Source: a virus. From it: a DNA stretch of 64,000 bases. The notes beneath the pieces are model-generated. The model ran no database searches. It was not told the origin of the DNA and saw nothing but the letters and a program-made list of their open reading frames with translations. This document shows positions 17,343 to 25,648 of this stretch, one piece after another (the stretch's first letter is position 1; every line of letters begins with the position of its first letter). Position numbers and translations under genes: made by a program. The DNA is taken from the IMG/VR virus record IMGVR_UViG_3300025151_000020, positions 1-64,000 of that record; one strand, given 5' to 3'.

Positions 17343-19438
17343 AGTATGTCAGTCTGTTTGCAGGAATTGAAGCCGCATCACAAGCATGGCACGTACTTGG
17401 ATGGCAACCATTGGCATTCGCAGACATTGACAGATTTCCCTCTGCCGTGCTTGCACATCATTATCCCGATGTGCCAAATGTTGGAAATGTAGAGGAGGTA
17501 GATTGGAGTGAGTACAAAGGAAAAGCAGATCTCGTTGTCGGAGGAAGCCCATGTCAGTCGTTTTCCGTTGCGGGAAAAAGACTCGGAATGGATGACCCTC
17601 GTGGTAACTTGGCCCTCGAATACCTCAGAGCTGTTAAGGAGATTCAACCGACGTGGTTCGTCTTTGAAAATGTGCCAGGACTTTTGTCATCTGAGGGGGG
17701 ATCGGACTTTGGTAAGTTCCTCGGAGAGGTGGCAAGTATCGGGTATGGGTTCGCCTGGAGAGTTTTGGACTCTCAATTCTTCGGAGTGCCGCAAAGACGT
17801 AGAAGACTCTTTGTTGTCGGACATATTGGAGGAGATTGGCGAAGTGCCGCAGCGGTATTATTTGAGTCCGAGAGCTTGCAATGGCATACTGAGGAGAGCA
17901 CAGAGGAGGGGCAAAGCCTTGCCGCCTTCTTTGGAAGCGGCTTTGCAGGAGAGAGCGAAGCATTACCAGGAGGAGGAGGAGTAAGTGAATCCTCACAAGA
18001 GAATTGGGATGGAACACAAAAAACAGGCACTCTAACTACAAGAAGCCTAGATCAATCCATGCCCGATAAATCAAACTTCATGGGCATTGTTGAGCGTGAT
18101 CTGCATGAACCAGATAATATCTTTGAAAGTTCAAAGAGTCGTAAGGACTTGAGTCCTCCATTAGATGCAAGAGATCAGGGCAGTACAGGCAAACCTGTAC
18201 TTACAGAGAGAGTCATACCAATTCATGATAAGGCCACTCGATACAAGGGTGGCGGAGATACTAGAAACAATGATGGTGCAGGTAATGGATTAGGAATCGG
18301 CAAAGATGGCGATCCAATGCCGACATTAGACACGGCATCAAATCATGCCGTAGCCCAAGCAGTTGATGTTTGGAATCAAGTCATAGACGGAGAAAAGGCC
18401 GCCACTTTAACAGAGGCATCTGGCGGAACTAACACATCTGGTCCAAAGGTCATGACTACATTTCGTAAATCAAGAAGGGCACAAAGCACGGAAGATAACG
18501 AAACATGGGTTGAAGATGAAGTCAGCAATACTCTAAACACATTTGACATAGGAGATGCGAGAACTACTCAGATTATACAAGAACCAATTGCCTTTGAGCA
18601 GAATCAAAGATCCGAGATTAGAGAACTTGGCACGAAATCAACATCTCTCAAGGCACAACCAGGCACTAACCAACAGACATTCATTGCACATGGAGAACAA
18701 ACTCCGTTGCATGGCGAGGATGTATCTCCAACTTTGGATGCGAGTTATGGGAAGGGACCAGGAGAAAGAGCAGGTATTGAAAGACAAGTCATTGGGGAAG
18801 TCATAGGATTCTCTCATACTCAAGGTCTTGATGCTCAACCATCAACAGAGCATTTTCCCACTCTGAGAGCCGAAGGCCAGGGTCATGCTATTGGTTTTGA
18901 TTGGAAAAATACGGGGCAGACTAATTTTTCAGAATCAAATACAGGAGCTCCTTTGACGGCAGAAGGGGGTCTTGCAGTTGGCATCGATCAACAAGTGTAT
19001 GAGAATCACCCATCTGATGGCAGAATCAACGAAGTGCATACTAGCCCCACCATAACTGCAAAGGCGGGTACGGGCGGGGGAAATCTCCCATTGGTAAAAG
19101 AAAACGAGGTAGCACCCACATTAACGGCAAGAGATATGTACGATGGTCAAGCAAGTCACACGGTTCAGCAACAACACATGGCAGTTAGGAGGCTGACTCC
19201 TCTTGAGTGTGAGAGGTTACAGGGTTTCCCTGATAATTACACTAAGATACCATACAGAGGCAAACCTGCTGAGAAATGCCCCGATGGTCCGAGATACAAA
19301 GCACTAGGCAATTCAATGGCAGTACCTGTTATGAGATGGATAGGGGAGGGCATACAACAGGTAGATGAGATTCTTCAAACATTAGAAGAAAGACCAGAGC
19401 CTCAAGAAGTCATCCAAAAATCTATTTTTGATTTCTGA
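17339..19438 (+). CDS. C5-cytosine DNA methyltransferase with greatly expanded variable region
   Basis: SLFAGI (I), GGSPCQSFS (IV), ENV (VI), QRRRRLF (VIII), RRLTPLECERLQGFPD (IX), LGNS (X). Confidence 0.95.
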   Translation: MKYVSLFAGIEAASQAWHVLGWQPLAFADIDRFPSAVLAHHYPDVPNVGNVEEVDWSEYKGKADLVVGGSPCQSFSVAGKRLGMDDPRGNLALEYLRAVKEIQPTWFVFENVPGLLSSEGGSDFGKFLGEVASIGYGFAWRVLDSQFFGVPQRRRRLFVVGHIGGDWRSAAAVLFESESLQWHTEESTEEGQSLAAFFGSGFAGESEALPGGGGVSESSQENWDGTQKTGTLTTRSLDQSMPDKSNFMGIVERDLHEPDNIFESSKSRKDLSPPLDARDQGSTGKPVLTERVIPIHDKATRYKGGGDTRNNDGAGNGLGIGKDGDPMPTLDTASNHAVAQAVDVWNQVIDGEKAATLTEASGGTNTSGPKVMTTFRKSRRAQSTEDNETWVEDEVSNTLNTFDIGDARTTQIIQEPIAFEQNQRSEIRELGTKSTSLKAQPGTNQQTFIAHGEQTPLHGEDVSPTLDASYGKGPGERAGIERQVIGEVIGFSHTQGLDAQPSTEHFPTLRAEGQGHAIGFDWKNTGQTNFSESNTGAPLTAEGGLAVGIDQQVYENHPSDGRINEVHTSPTITAKAGTGGGNLPLVKENEVAPTLTARDMYDGQASHTVQQQHMAVRRLTPLECERLQGFPDNYTKIPYRGKPAEKCPDGPRYKALGNSMAVPVMRWIGEGIQQVDEILQTLEERPEPQEVIQKSIFDF
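17508..17984 (+). CDS. Nested alternative-frame gene, M.EcoHK31I beta-polypeptide-like
   Basis: 158-codon +1-frame ORF with SGM...GEFWTLN...LSDILE....YYLSP.AC.GILRRA.RRGK.LP..L..AL motif; true start uncertain. Confidence 0.65.
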   Translation: MSTKEKQISLSEEAHVSRFPLREKDSEWMTLVVTWPSNTSELLRRFNRRGSSLKMCQDFCHLRGDRTLVSSSERWQVSGMGSPGEFWTLNSSECRKDVEDSLLSDILEEIGEVPQRYYLSPRACNGILRRAQRRGKALPPSLEAALQERAKHYQEEEE

Positions 19439-19447
19439 GGTGAATAC

Positions 19448-20548
19448 ATGGGGCATCTGTTCAATGACTTCCCTCGTGAAATTGACATGAAGGCAAGAAA
19501 GGTCATCAGAAACATGAAACAATTGCAGAGATATGTTGAGAAGACAAATGGTCGAGATAATCTCACAACTACTGTATATGGTTTCAGAGATCTCAAGACG
19601 AAGGGCAATCGTTGTGAGTATAGCACCGCAATCATACCTCACTTCGTAGTTGATTTGGATAAGGGCAGAGCTAGTGAGATACTAGACATGGATGGAGATG
19701 CAGGTGGCCAACGATGCACAGATGATACCTTGATTCTAGTCAGATACCTGGAAGAAAGAGAAATACGCCATGCTACTTGGATGAGTGGCGGAGGATATCA
19801 TGTATGGATTATGTTAGATCAGGTGTACAACTTAGAGCCTAGAGATACCAATGACCTGTTATTCTCTGGTCGTGCGATGATTAACAAGTGGATTAACGAC
19901 ATGAGTTTAGTCACGATAGATCCTGTTGTTTCTTTCCGCCCTGATCGTCACATAAGGATACCAAACACATACAACACAAAGAGAGAGTTATGGAGCATAC
20001 CTGTTGATTCAGATGATTTAGAAAAGGGTTGGAAGTATATCACAGACAAAGCAAAGAATCCATCTGGTGGTATGAAAGTAAAGGGCAAAAAGGGTTTGAA
20101 GATTGATATTGTTGAGAGCGACCCAGGCAATCAGTATATGTCAAGTATGACAGGATTTTTCGGGAAGTTTGAGGCGGCGGAAATATCTGTATCGTCAAGG
20201 AACATAGCAGGTATTCCGATGTTGCCATGTCTTGATGCGGCTTGTTGCACCAAAGGAGATAACCCCCCTCATTTGCCTCGTTCCTATCTGTCCATGTATC
20301 TCTTGGATTACTTTCACAACTTTGCAAGACCTCGAAGCTCAAGCAAAGTAAAGCCGTATGATGCAGTTGCAAAGGCTCATGCTTTCATCCGTGATTTGGA
20401 ATGGGCTGACTACAACCCTAAGATTACTCAAGAGCAATTGATTCATGCATCAAGCCGTGAATATCTCACACCCACCTGCCCCACTATATTTAGACAAGGA
20501 CTGTGTATTGGGAGATGTCCATTTTACGATCAGAAGGGAGTGAAATGA
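19448..20548 (+). CDS. Archaeo-eukaryotic primase, PriS catalytic domain fused to PriL C-terminal domain
   Basis: DLD, SGGGYHVW, ID....R.IRIPNT; then LPCL...PPH..R...DY....T..Q...Y.TPTC......LC...C. Confidence 0.88.
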   Translation: MGHLFNDFPREIDMKARKVIRNMKQLQRYVEKTNGRDNLTTTVYGFRDLKTKGNRCEYSTAIIPHFVVDLDKGRASEILDMDGDAGGQRCTDDTLILVRYLEEREIRHATWMSGGGYHVWIMLDQVYNLEPRDTNDLLFSGRAMINKWINDMSLVTIDPVVSFRPDRHIRIPNTYNTKRELWSIPVDSDDLEKGWKYITDKAKNPSGGMKVKGKKGLKIDIVESDPGNQYMSSMTGFFGKFEAAEISVSSRNIAGIPMLPCLDAACCTKGDNPPHLPRSYLSMYLLDYFHNFARPRSSSKVKPYDAVAKAHAFIRDLEWADYNPKITQEQLIHASSREYLTPTCPTIFRQGLCIGRCPFYDQKGVK

Positions 20549-20559
20549 TGCTCATGAGA

Positions 20560-20573
20560 AAGAGTATTCATAA
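20560..20573 (+). promoter_or_regulatory. Early promoter motif AAGAGTATTCATAA
   Basis: Intergenic; 27 nt before ATG 20600. Confidence 0.6.
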
Positions 20574-20599
20574 TGAAAGCGTTAGTGTGGAGGCTTACT

Positions 20600-20881
20600 A
20601 TGACAGAGGACATTGAGGAGATCAGGAAACAAAGACAGTTGAAACTTGCTCAAACTCTGAGTAAATTGGATGGAAACGATGAATCCGAGCGTAAGGAAGT
20701 ATTGGATTCATTACCCTGGTCTTTTCGTTATAACACTAATACAGGGTTCTGCGAAATATTGCAACAAGGCAACATGGTTGCCATCACTCAAGATGAGAAG
20801 TTTGCCGATCAGGTATGCGAGGTTTTCAATCGTATGACATTGATTAGCGAATACACGGAGGGATTAGATGACAATCAATAA
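20600..20881 (+). CDS. Hypothetical protein with DIEEIRKQR N-terminal helix
   Basis: Start moved to 20600 (GGAGG upstream, promoter spacing). Confidence 0.7.
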   Translation: MTEDIEEIRKQRQLKLAQTLSKLDGNDESERKEVLDSLPWSFRYNTNTGFCEILQQGNMVAITQDEKFADQVCEVFNRMTLISEYTEGLDDNQ

Positions 20882-21005
20882 GTATCAACAACTTACTTGT
20901 GTGGATTGCAAACGCAGAAGGAATCTCGTTTGGGATCCAGAACACGAGAGGTGTTATGATTGCTTCATGAAAAGGAGGGCTGAAAATGAAAATCATGTTC
21001 ATTGA
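20868..21005 (+). CDS. Zinc-finger microprotein (45 aa; CVDC...CYDC)
   Basis: Read manually; GGAGG SD; fills the gap between genes. Confidence 0.6.
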   Translation: MTINKYQQLTCVDCKRRRNLVWDPEHERCYDCFMKRRAENENHVH

Positions 21006-21687
21006 TTATAGAGAGCGTTCCGGTTTAGAAAAATTAGTCATGAAGTATCTTGACAAAAATGAACTCAAGTATCAAATGAAAGAGAACATGATTACTGATT
21101 ATGCATTTGCGAATGTGGGAATTGAGGCCAAGACAATTCAAGATTACATGGGTAGTCTGTATAGTGGCCACCTGGAGAAGCAATTGCAGAACCTTGATGA
21201 TAATTACACGCAGATGTACCTCGTGGTTCATGGTAGTTTAGATTCATACATAGCAGGTGCAAGGAGAGGAGGTAGAAAGATACCGTATGCAAAGGCATTC
21301 AATGTGTTTCTTGGATCGCTTGCAAGATTCTCAACGGATTACGATATCAACATCTGTCATTTCCAAACTCCCTCCGAAGCTGCTCGATTTATTTGTAAGC
21401 GATTTGAGAAGGATGGAACTCTTGGTAAATCATCTGCTTATCGTTTGATGAGAAAAACCGCATCAGAAGATAAGAGAATAGATGTGTTAAGAACGGCAGG
21501 TTGTACAGAAGCAGTAGCCAAGATACTCTTGAAAGAATACGGTTCAATTAGTGAAATTGTATCTGTTTCTCCGTCAGAATTACAAACCTTACCAGGCATT
21601 GGAAAGATTACCGCAACGAAGATTCTCAATTGCTTCATCAGCGAGAATCCTATTGTGGATGAGAAAATAAAAATGAAGAGGGCGTAA
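20986..21687 (+). CDS. XPF/ERCC4 (Hef-type) structure-specific nuclease with HhH motifs
   Basis: IDYRE, DY, IEAKTIQDY (ERKxxxD-like), tandem HhH (LPGIGKITA). Confidence 0.88.
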   Translation: MKIMFIDYRERSGLEKLVMKYLDKNELKYQMKENMITDYAFANVGIEAKTIQDYMGSLYSGHLEKQLQNLDDNYTQMYLVVHGSLDSYIAGARRGGRKIPYAKAFNVFLGSLARFSTDYDINICHFQTPSEAARFICKRFEKDGTLGKSSAYRLMRKTASEDKRIDVLRTAGCTEAVAKILLKEYGSISEIVSVSPSELQTLPGIGKITATKILNCFISENPIVDEKIKMKRA

Positions 21688-21688
21688 T

Positions 21689-23140
21689 ATGGTAATCGCA
21701 AAGGAGCAAAGAGATACCACTAGGAAGTGGCATGACTACCAAGTTGTAACTAGCCCTTATGACGGAAGCAAGTTCCTTCGACAGTATGTTGAGCGTTTCA
21801 GCACGGTCAGTTTCTTCAATGAGTATGCAGGTCTGTTGTCATACTATTACATCCTAGCTGCATCCTTAGCCCCTTATGTTCGTATCCCAATTCATGGTTC
21901 TTTCATTGATTGCAGACTTCATGTCTTTTGGATACAACCTGCTAGATCAGGGAAGTCAATTGCTTACGAGTTCATGTCTAAGATTCTAAAACTACTAGAG
22001 ATTGACACGGAGAAGTTTAGTGCGGGTTCAGATAGCAGATTGATTGGATCTGTCGAAACGATCCAGAAGTTGAATGACAAGGGCAAGCCGACAGGAGAGG
22101 TGGAGAACAAGATTATTCCAGGTCTATTGAATGGATACAAGACCCTTCTCTTTGACGAGGCAAGTATATTGCTCAACGACAAGAAGGCTTACTTCTCTGA
22201 CAAGATTCTATTTCTCCAACAATCTATGGCCCCGATTGGTTCAGAAACAAATGTGCTAGTCAATCACTTGAAGGGTGCTTCGGTTCATACTCCATCGGGA
22301 ATATCGTTGTGGGCTACGACATTCCCTCCAAAAGATATCATGGCTCATGTTCTTGACAAAGGATTCTTTCAGAGAGTATATCTTTTCCAAAACGATGTCA
22401 CTCCCGAAACCAGGCAGACAACGAGTGAGCATAGAGTATCTGGTGCCTATCAGCCTGTTCCATCAAGGATATGGTCTTACGAAGACATAGCAGGGGAGAT
22501 TGATGCGATACGAACAGAGGTCAAGCAGAGGTTGCTTGACTCAGCAGGGCTAACCGAAGAAGAATGGGATAACTTATCAGATGAAGAAAGAGAGATTACA
22601 TCTCAAGAACACGCATATGACATATTCACTCCTGGTCCTAATTATCTACCTGCTTTACTGAATGCAGTTGATGATTACTACTCCTTAGTTCATTCAATAC
22701 AGGATGAAAACATAAGGTCTGTTGCCATAGGCTTCATTCCGAACATAGAGAATTACACTATGATTTTTGGCAATCTAATTGCTGCTACTATGAGATCATC
22801 AGTAATTACTGCCGAGCATATACAGATGGCTAGTGAGATGATTTACGACAATTTTAGCAATCTAATCATATGGCTAGAGCAGAAGCAAGACCTCAAGTCT
22901 GGGAAGAAAAGAGCTGCTGAATTGCGTGGATGGAGAGAGGCATATAACAAGTGCAACAGAAGTGTTCATGACAGGACACAGAGAGAGGTCGTAAGAAAGT
23001 CTGATTTAGAAAAGGTGTATTCCCAATTACATGGCGTTAGTCCAAAGACGGCAAGGAGAAGGTTGGACAACATATTGAAATCAGGTGTTGCTACAAGAAT
23101 TGCAGAGGGAAGAAACGCATACATAGCATTGGATGTATAA
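21689..23140 (+). CDS. MCM-related AAA+ ATPase/helicase lacking the MCM N-terminal domain, with C-terminal wHTH
   Basis: ARSGKS Walker A, LIGSV..PGLL helix-2 insert, LLFDEA Walker B, FFQR Arg finger, VITAEHIQMA lid helix. Confidence 0.6.
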   Translation: MVIAKEQRDTTRKWHDYQVVTSPYDGSKFLRQYVERFSTVSFFNEYAGLLSYYYILAASLAPYVRIPIHGSFIDCRLHVFWIQPARSGKSIAYEFMSKILKLLEIDTEKFSAGSDSRLIGSVETIQKLNDKGKPTGEVENKIIPGLLNGYKTLLFDEASILLNDKKAYFSDKILFLQQSMAPIGSETNVLVNHLKGASVHTPSGISLWATTFPPKDIMAHVLDKGFFQRVYLFQNDVTPETRQTTSEHRVSGAYQPVPSRIWSYEDIAGEIDAIRTEVKQRLLDSAGLTEEEWDNLSDEEREITSQEHAYDIFTPGPNYLPALLNAVDDYYSLVHSIQDENIRSVAIGFIPNIENYTMIFGNLIAATMRSSVITAEHIQMASEMIYDNFSNLIIWLEQKQDLKSGKKRAAELRGWREAYNKCNRSVHDRTQREVVRKSDLEKVYSQLHGVSPKTARRRLDNILKSGVATRIAEGRNAYIALDV

Positions 23141-23142
23141 CT

Positions 23143-23907
23143 ATGGAAGGATTAGGCAGTTGGATGCAACAGTATGGCATAGTGGCATACAAAGTGTTCT
23201 CTTCAACTGATGCGAGTGATCTTCCATTGGGTTGGATCGAGCCGAGAGAGTTCAGCCTGGATGGTGTAGTATTCTATGATGGGGTGGTTATGACTGTCTT
23301 CACCGATGTTGTCCATTCGGTTCTTGTAAAGGATAAGAAGACTCAAACAAGGGATATCGGACAACTACAAGATTGGATTGATAATAGATTTACAGATAAC
23401 AACGCACCCTATACATTGGTCAGTTATGGTTCAAGGACATTTGATGCACCCCTCCTTCATAACGAATATGAGATACCCAATACTGTTGGCCAGGTTGATT
23501 TGAGAGAAATGGTTGCAGACGCTTCTATGGAGCATCATGGTGAATCATATGGTAGAAGATACGACATCAGAACATTAGCATCAATCAACAGAACAAAACA
23601 AACTGCCATACCTCATCTTTCATTCTTGTTGAAACCGATTGAACTGTTAGCAGAATGGCAAAGAGGAATGGAGAGAAATGTGCTGAAGACATTAGCGGCA
23701 GAAGTTGAGTTGATCGCACAATTATATTGCAGTATGGTAGTCAGAGAAGAACTTAGAATAATTGACAGGAGAACGGAAAGAGCTGCAACCGTTCAATGTG
23801 ATTTCGTTAGAGATATGACAAATTACAGATTCGTGCCTGATCCCGAAGAATTGGATAAAGCCGTAAAGGAGCACAAAGAGAAACTAATAGTTGAGGAGGA
23901 TAAGTAA
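23143..23907 (+). CDS. RNase H-fold (RNase_H_2/YprB-like DEDD) exonuclease homolog, apparently inactive
   Basis: LVSYGSRTFDAPLL (ExoII), VDL, W..G....V......EV.L...LY (degenerate ExoIII); ExoI DxE missing. Confidence 0.5.
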   Translation: MEGLGSWMQQYGIVAYKVFSSTDASDLPLGWIEPREFSLDGVVFYDGVVMTVFTDVVHSVLVKDKKTQTRDIGQLQDWIDNRFTDNNAPYTLVSYGSRTFDAPLLHNEYEIPNTVGQVDLREMVADASMEHHGESYGRRYDIRTLASINRTKQTAIPHLSFLLKPIELLAEWQRGMERNVLKTLAAEVELIAQLYCSMVVREELRIIDRRTERAATVQCDFVRDMTNYRFVPDPEELDKAVKEHKEKLIVEEDK

Positions 23908-24120
23908 ATGGTAAATGTAGCTGACGAGTTAAATCGGATTTGTGTTCTTCAAGAGTTTGAGATTCTAATACTCAGTCAGGGGCTAAAGAAGTCATTATCG
24001 GGTGAATCCATTGAAGGAGAAGTGAAGGAGAAGATTCAGAAGATAATCAAACATATTGAAGAAAGAACCTCTCAGAATCACCCTTCAAGAAAAATGGCGG
24101 AGGAATGGTGGAAGGAGTAA
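23908..24120 (+). CDS. Small hypothetical protein
   Basis: 70 aa, GAGGAGG SD; last gene of the + arm. Confidence 0.65.
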   Translation: MVNVADELNRICVLQEFEILILSQGLKKSLSGESIEGEVKEKIQKIIKHIEERTSQNHPSRKMAEEWWKE

Positions 24121-24381
24121 TCATCTCTTAGTTTCCATACGACTACCGCCCGCACCGAGTTGTCTTCTCATCTTAGGTCGGACATTGCCTCTAGTCTTGT
24201 TCCTAGCATATCGCTTACGAGTCCTGCCACGCTTGACCTTGCGACTCTGATTCCATGCTCTAGCCTTGCTTGCCCTCTCAGACCTGCCACTTACAGTATT
24301 CTTTGAATAGCCCTGGAACTTGCCTTTCTCCTCGGCCTTTTCATCCTTAGCCAATGTCCAAGCAATCTCAAATATACTCAT
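24121..24381 (-). CDS. Small Arg/Lys-rich protein, candidate DNA-condensing virion core protein
   Basis: 86 aa, highly basic; N-terminal MSIFEIAWTLAK tag. Confidence 0.75.
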   Translation of the reverse strand: MSIFEIAWTLAKDEKAEEKGKFQGYSKNTVSGRSERASKARAWNQSRKVKRGRTRKRYARNKTRGNVRPKMRRQLGAGGSRMETKR

Positions 24382-24554
24382 GATGCCACCTTCAATCTAG
24401 GCTTGAGTTTCTTCCATACCTCGTGACAAACAGGACACTCCCACAGGAAGACCCTATCTCTTGAACCTGCATAGAAACCATTGATTCGAATGGCGAGAAC
24501 ACGAGTATGGCAATGAGGACAGTCTTGACTAATCTTATCCTGGTAATGCTTCAC
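24378..24554 (-). CDS. Zinc-ribbon protein (58 aa; CPHC...WECPVC)
   Basis: Read manually; GTG start overlapping the upstream stop; ATGA-coupled downstream. Confidence 0.7.
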   Translation of the reverse strand: MKHYQDKISQDCPHCHTRVLAIRINGFYAGSRDRVFLWECPVCHEVWKKLKPRLKVAS

Positions 24555-25648
24555 GGGGATACATCTCCTGTATGACCTGCATGAGTATATGTTATCTGAA
24601 CATGAGTTGGTGTTCCTGTGTAACCAAGACTAGCATTGATTGTTACTTCATTGTTTGAAACGGTATAATCCGAACCCTGTACGAGGGTGGCTATGTGTCT
24701 AGGAGTTCCAGACTTGTACATCTGAACGCTAATGAGTTTCGTTGTCGCTTCGTCTTGAGATTCTAATGGACTGTATGCTAAGGTGATGGTCTTCTGAGAA
24801 CCTGTGTATGTGTCGGTCTTGATTGATTGCCTGTGAGTAGGAGTAATCTGGTATGCACCACCCATGCCCGATTGATTGATTCTAAGATCGGATTGGTAGA
24901 ATAGGTGTGTAGCACCTCTGCCGTCTGCGTATGAGCCAAGCCCTTCGGGATCACGGGCGAATATGAATCCGAGATCAGTTATTGGAAGATTAGCATTATT
25001 GCCGGAGAGCATATTGTTGGCGGGCATGGCTGCGGCAGACCCATCAATCAGCGAAGATACAGGGTACGGACCAGGGCGAACAAACACTCTCTTGTCTTCA
25101 AGAGATGCAATCTCAACTTGGCTATTGTTGTAATGCAAGCGAGCTGATGCCAACACTATTGTTTGATTTGCTAAGTGTGCAGATGGACTTTGAGGATATG
25201 CACCGGATGATGTATCAATGGCATTTCCATATATGAATCCGATATTGTTGGTGATTGCAGGATCGAAATAAACTAACAGTATGCGTTCTTGATTCGCAGA
25301 CAATGTGGGTGCGGTGCTTGAGTTGTGAGTTGCATACTGTGCAGTTACAGTTGCGGCATTGAGTGTAGCCGTAGTGATGGAATAGAACTGTCCATCAACA
25401 CATACTGTACCTGCCGCTATGACAATTGATTGAGAGCCGGATGTGGAACAAGCACAGTTTCCAGATGTTGAGTTATTACGACTACCAGAATCGTAATCAT
25501 TGCTGATGATTGGCACTACGCCATTCAACAATCCTCTCTCATTGAAGTTGGTTAGAGTGGGGCTTGCAAGCACATCTGTATCTCTCAAGCCGTCAGTCTG
25601 ATATGATTGAAAGGCGGTTTCATGTCCTTGTCCTAGTCCTGCCATCAA
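24551..25648 (-). CDS. Tail-tip / minor structural protein
   Basis: 365 aa, beta-rich; I.IAAG...VDG and LA......I....D.R pattern typical of tail-tip fibre anchor domains. Confidence 0.6.
   Translation of the reverse strand: MMAGLGQGHETAFQSYQTDGLRDTDVLASPTLTNFNERGLLNGVVPIISNDYDSGSRNNSTSGNCACSTSGSQSIVIAAGTVCVDGQFYSITTATLNAATVTAQYATHNSSTAPTLSANQERILLVYFDPAITNNIGFIYGNAIDTSSGAYPQSPSAHLANQTIVLASARLHYNNSQVEIASLEDKRVFVRPGPYPVSSLIDGSAAAMPANNMLSGNNANLPITDLGFIFARDPEGLGSYADGRGATHLFYQSDLRINQSGMGGAYQITPTHRQSIKTDTYTGSQKTITLAYSPLESQDEATTKLISVQMYKSGTPRHIATLVQGSDYTVSNNEVTINASLGYTGTPTHVQITYTHAGHTGDVSP

Noticed and set aside
22958-22971. AGAAGTGTTCATGA as another early promoter
   Set aside because: Mismatch in the TATA part, lies inside a CDS and is about 170 nt from the next start.
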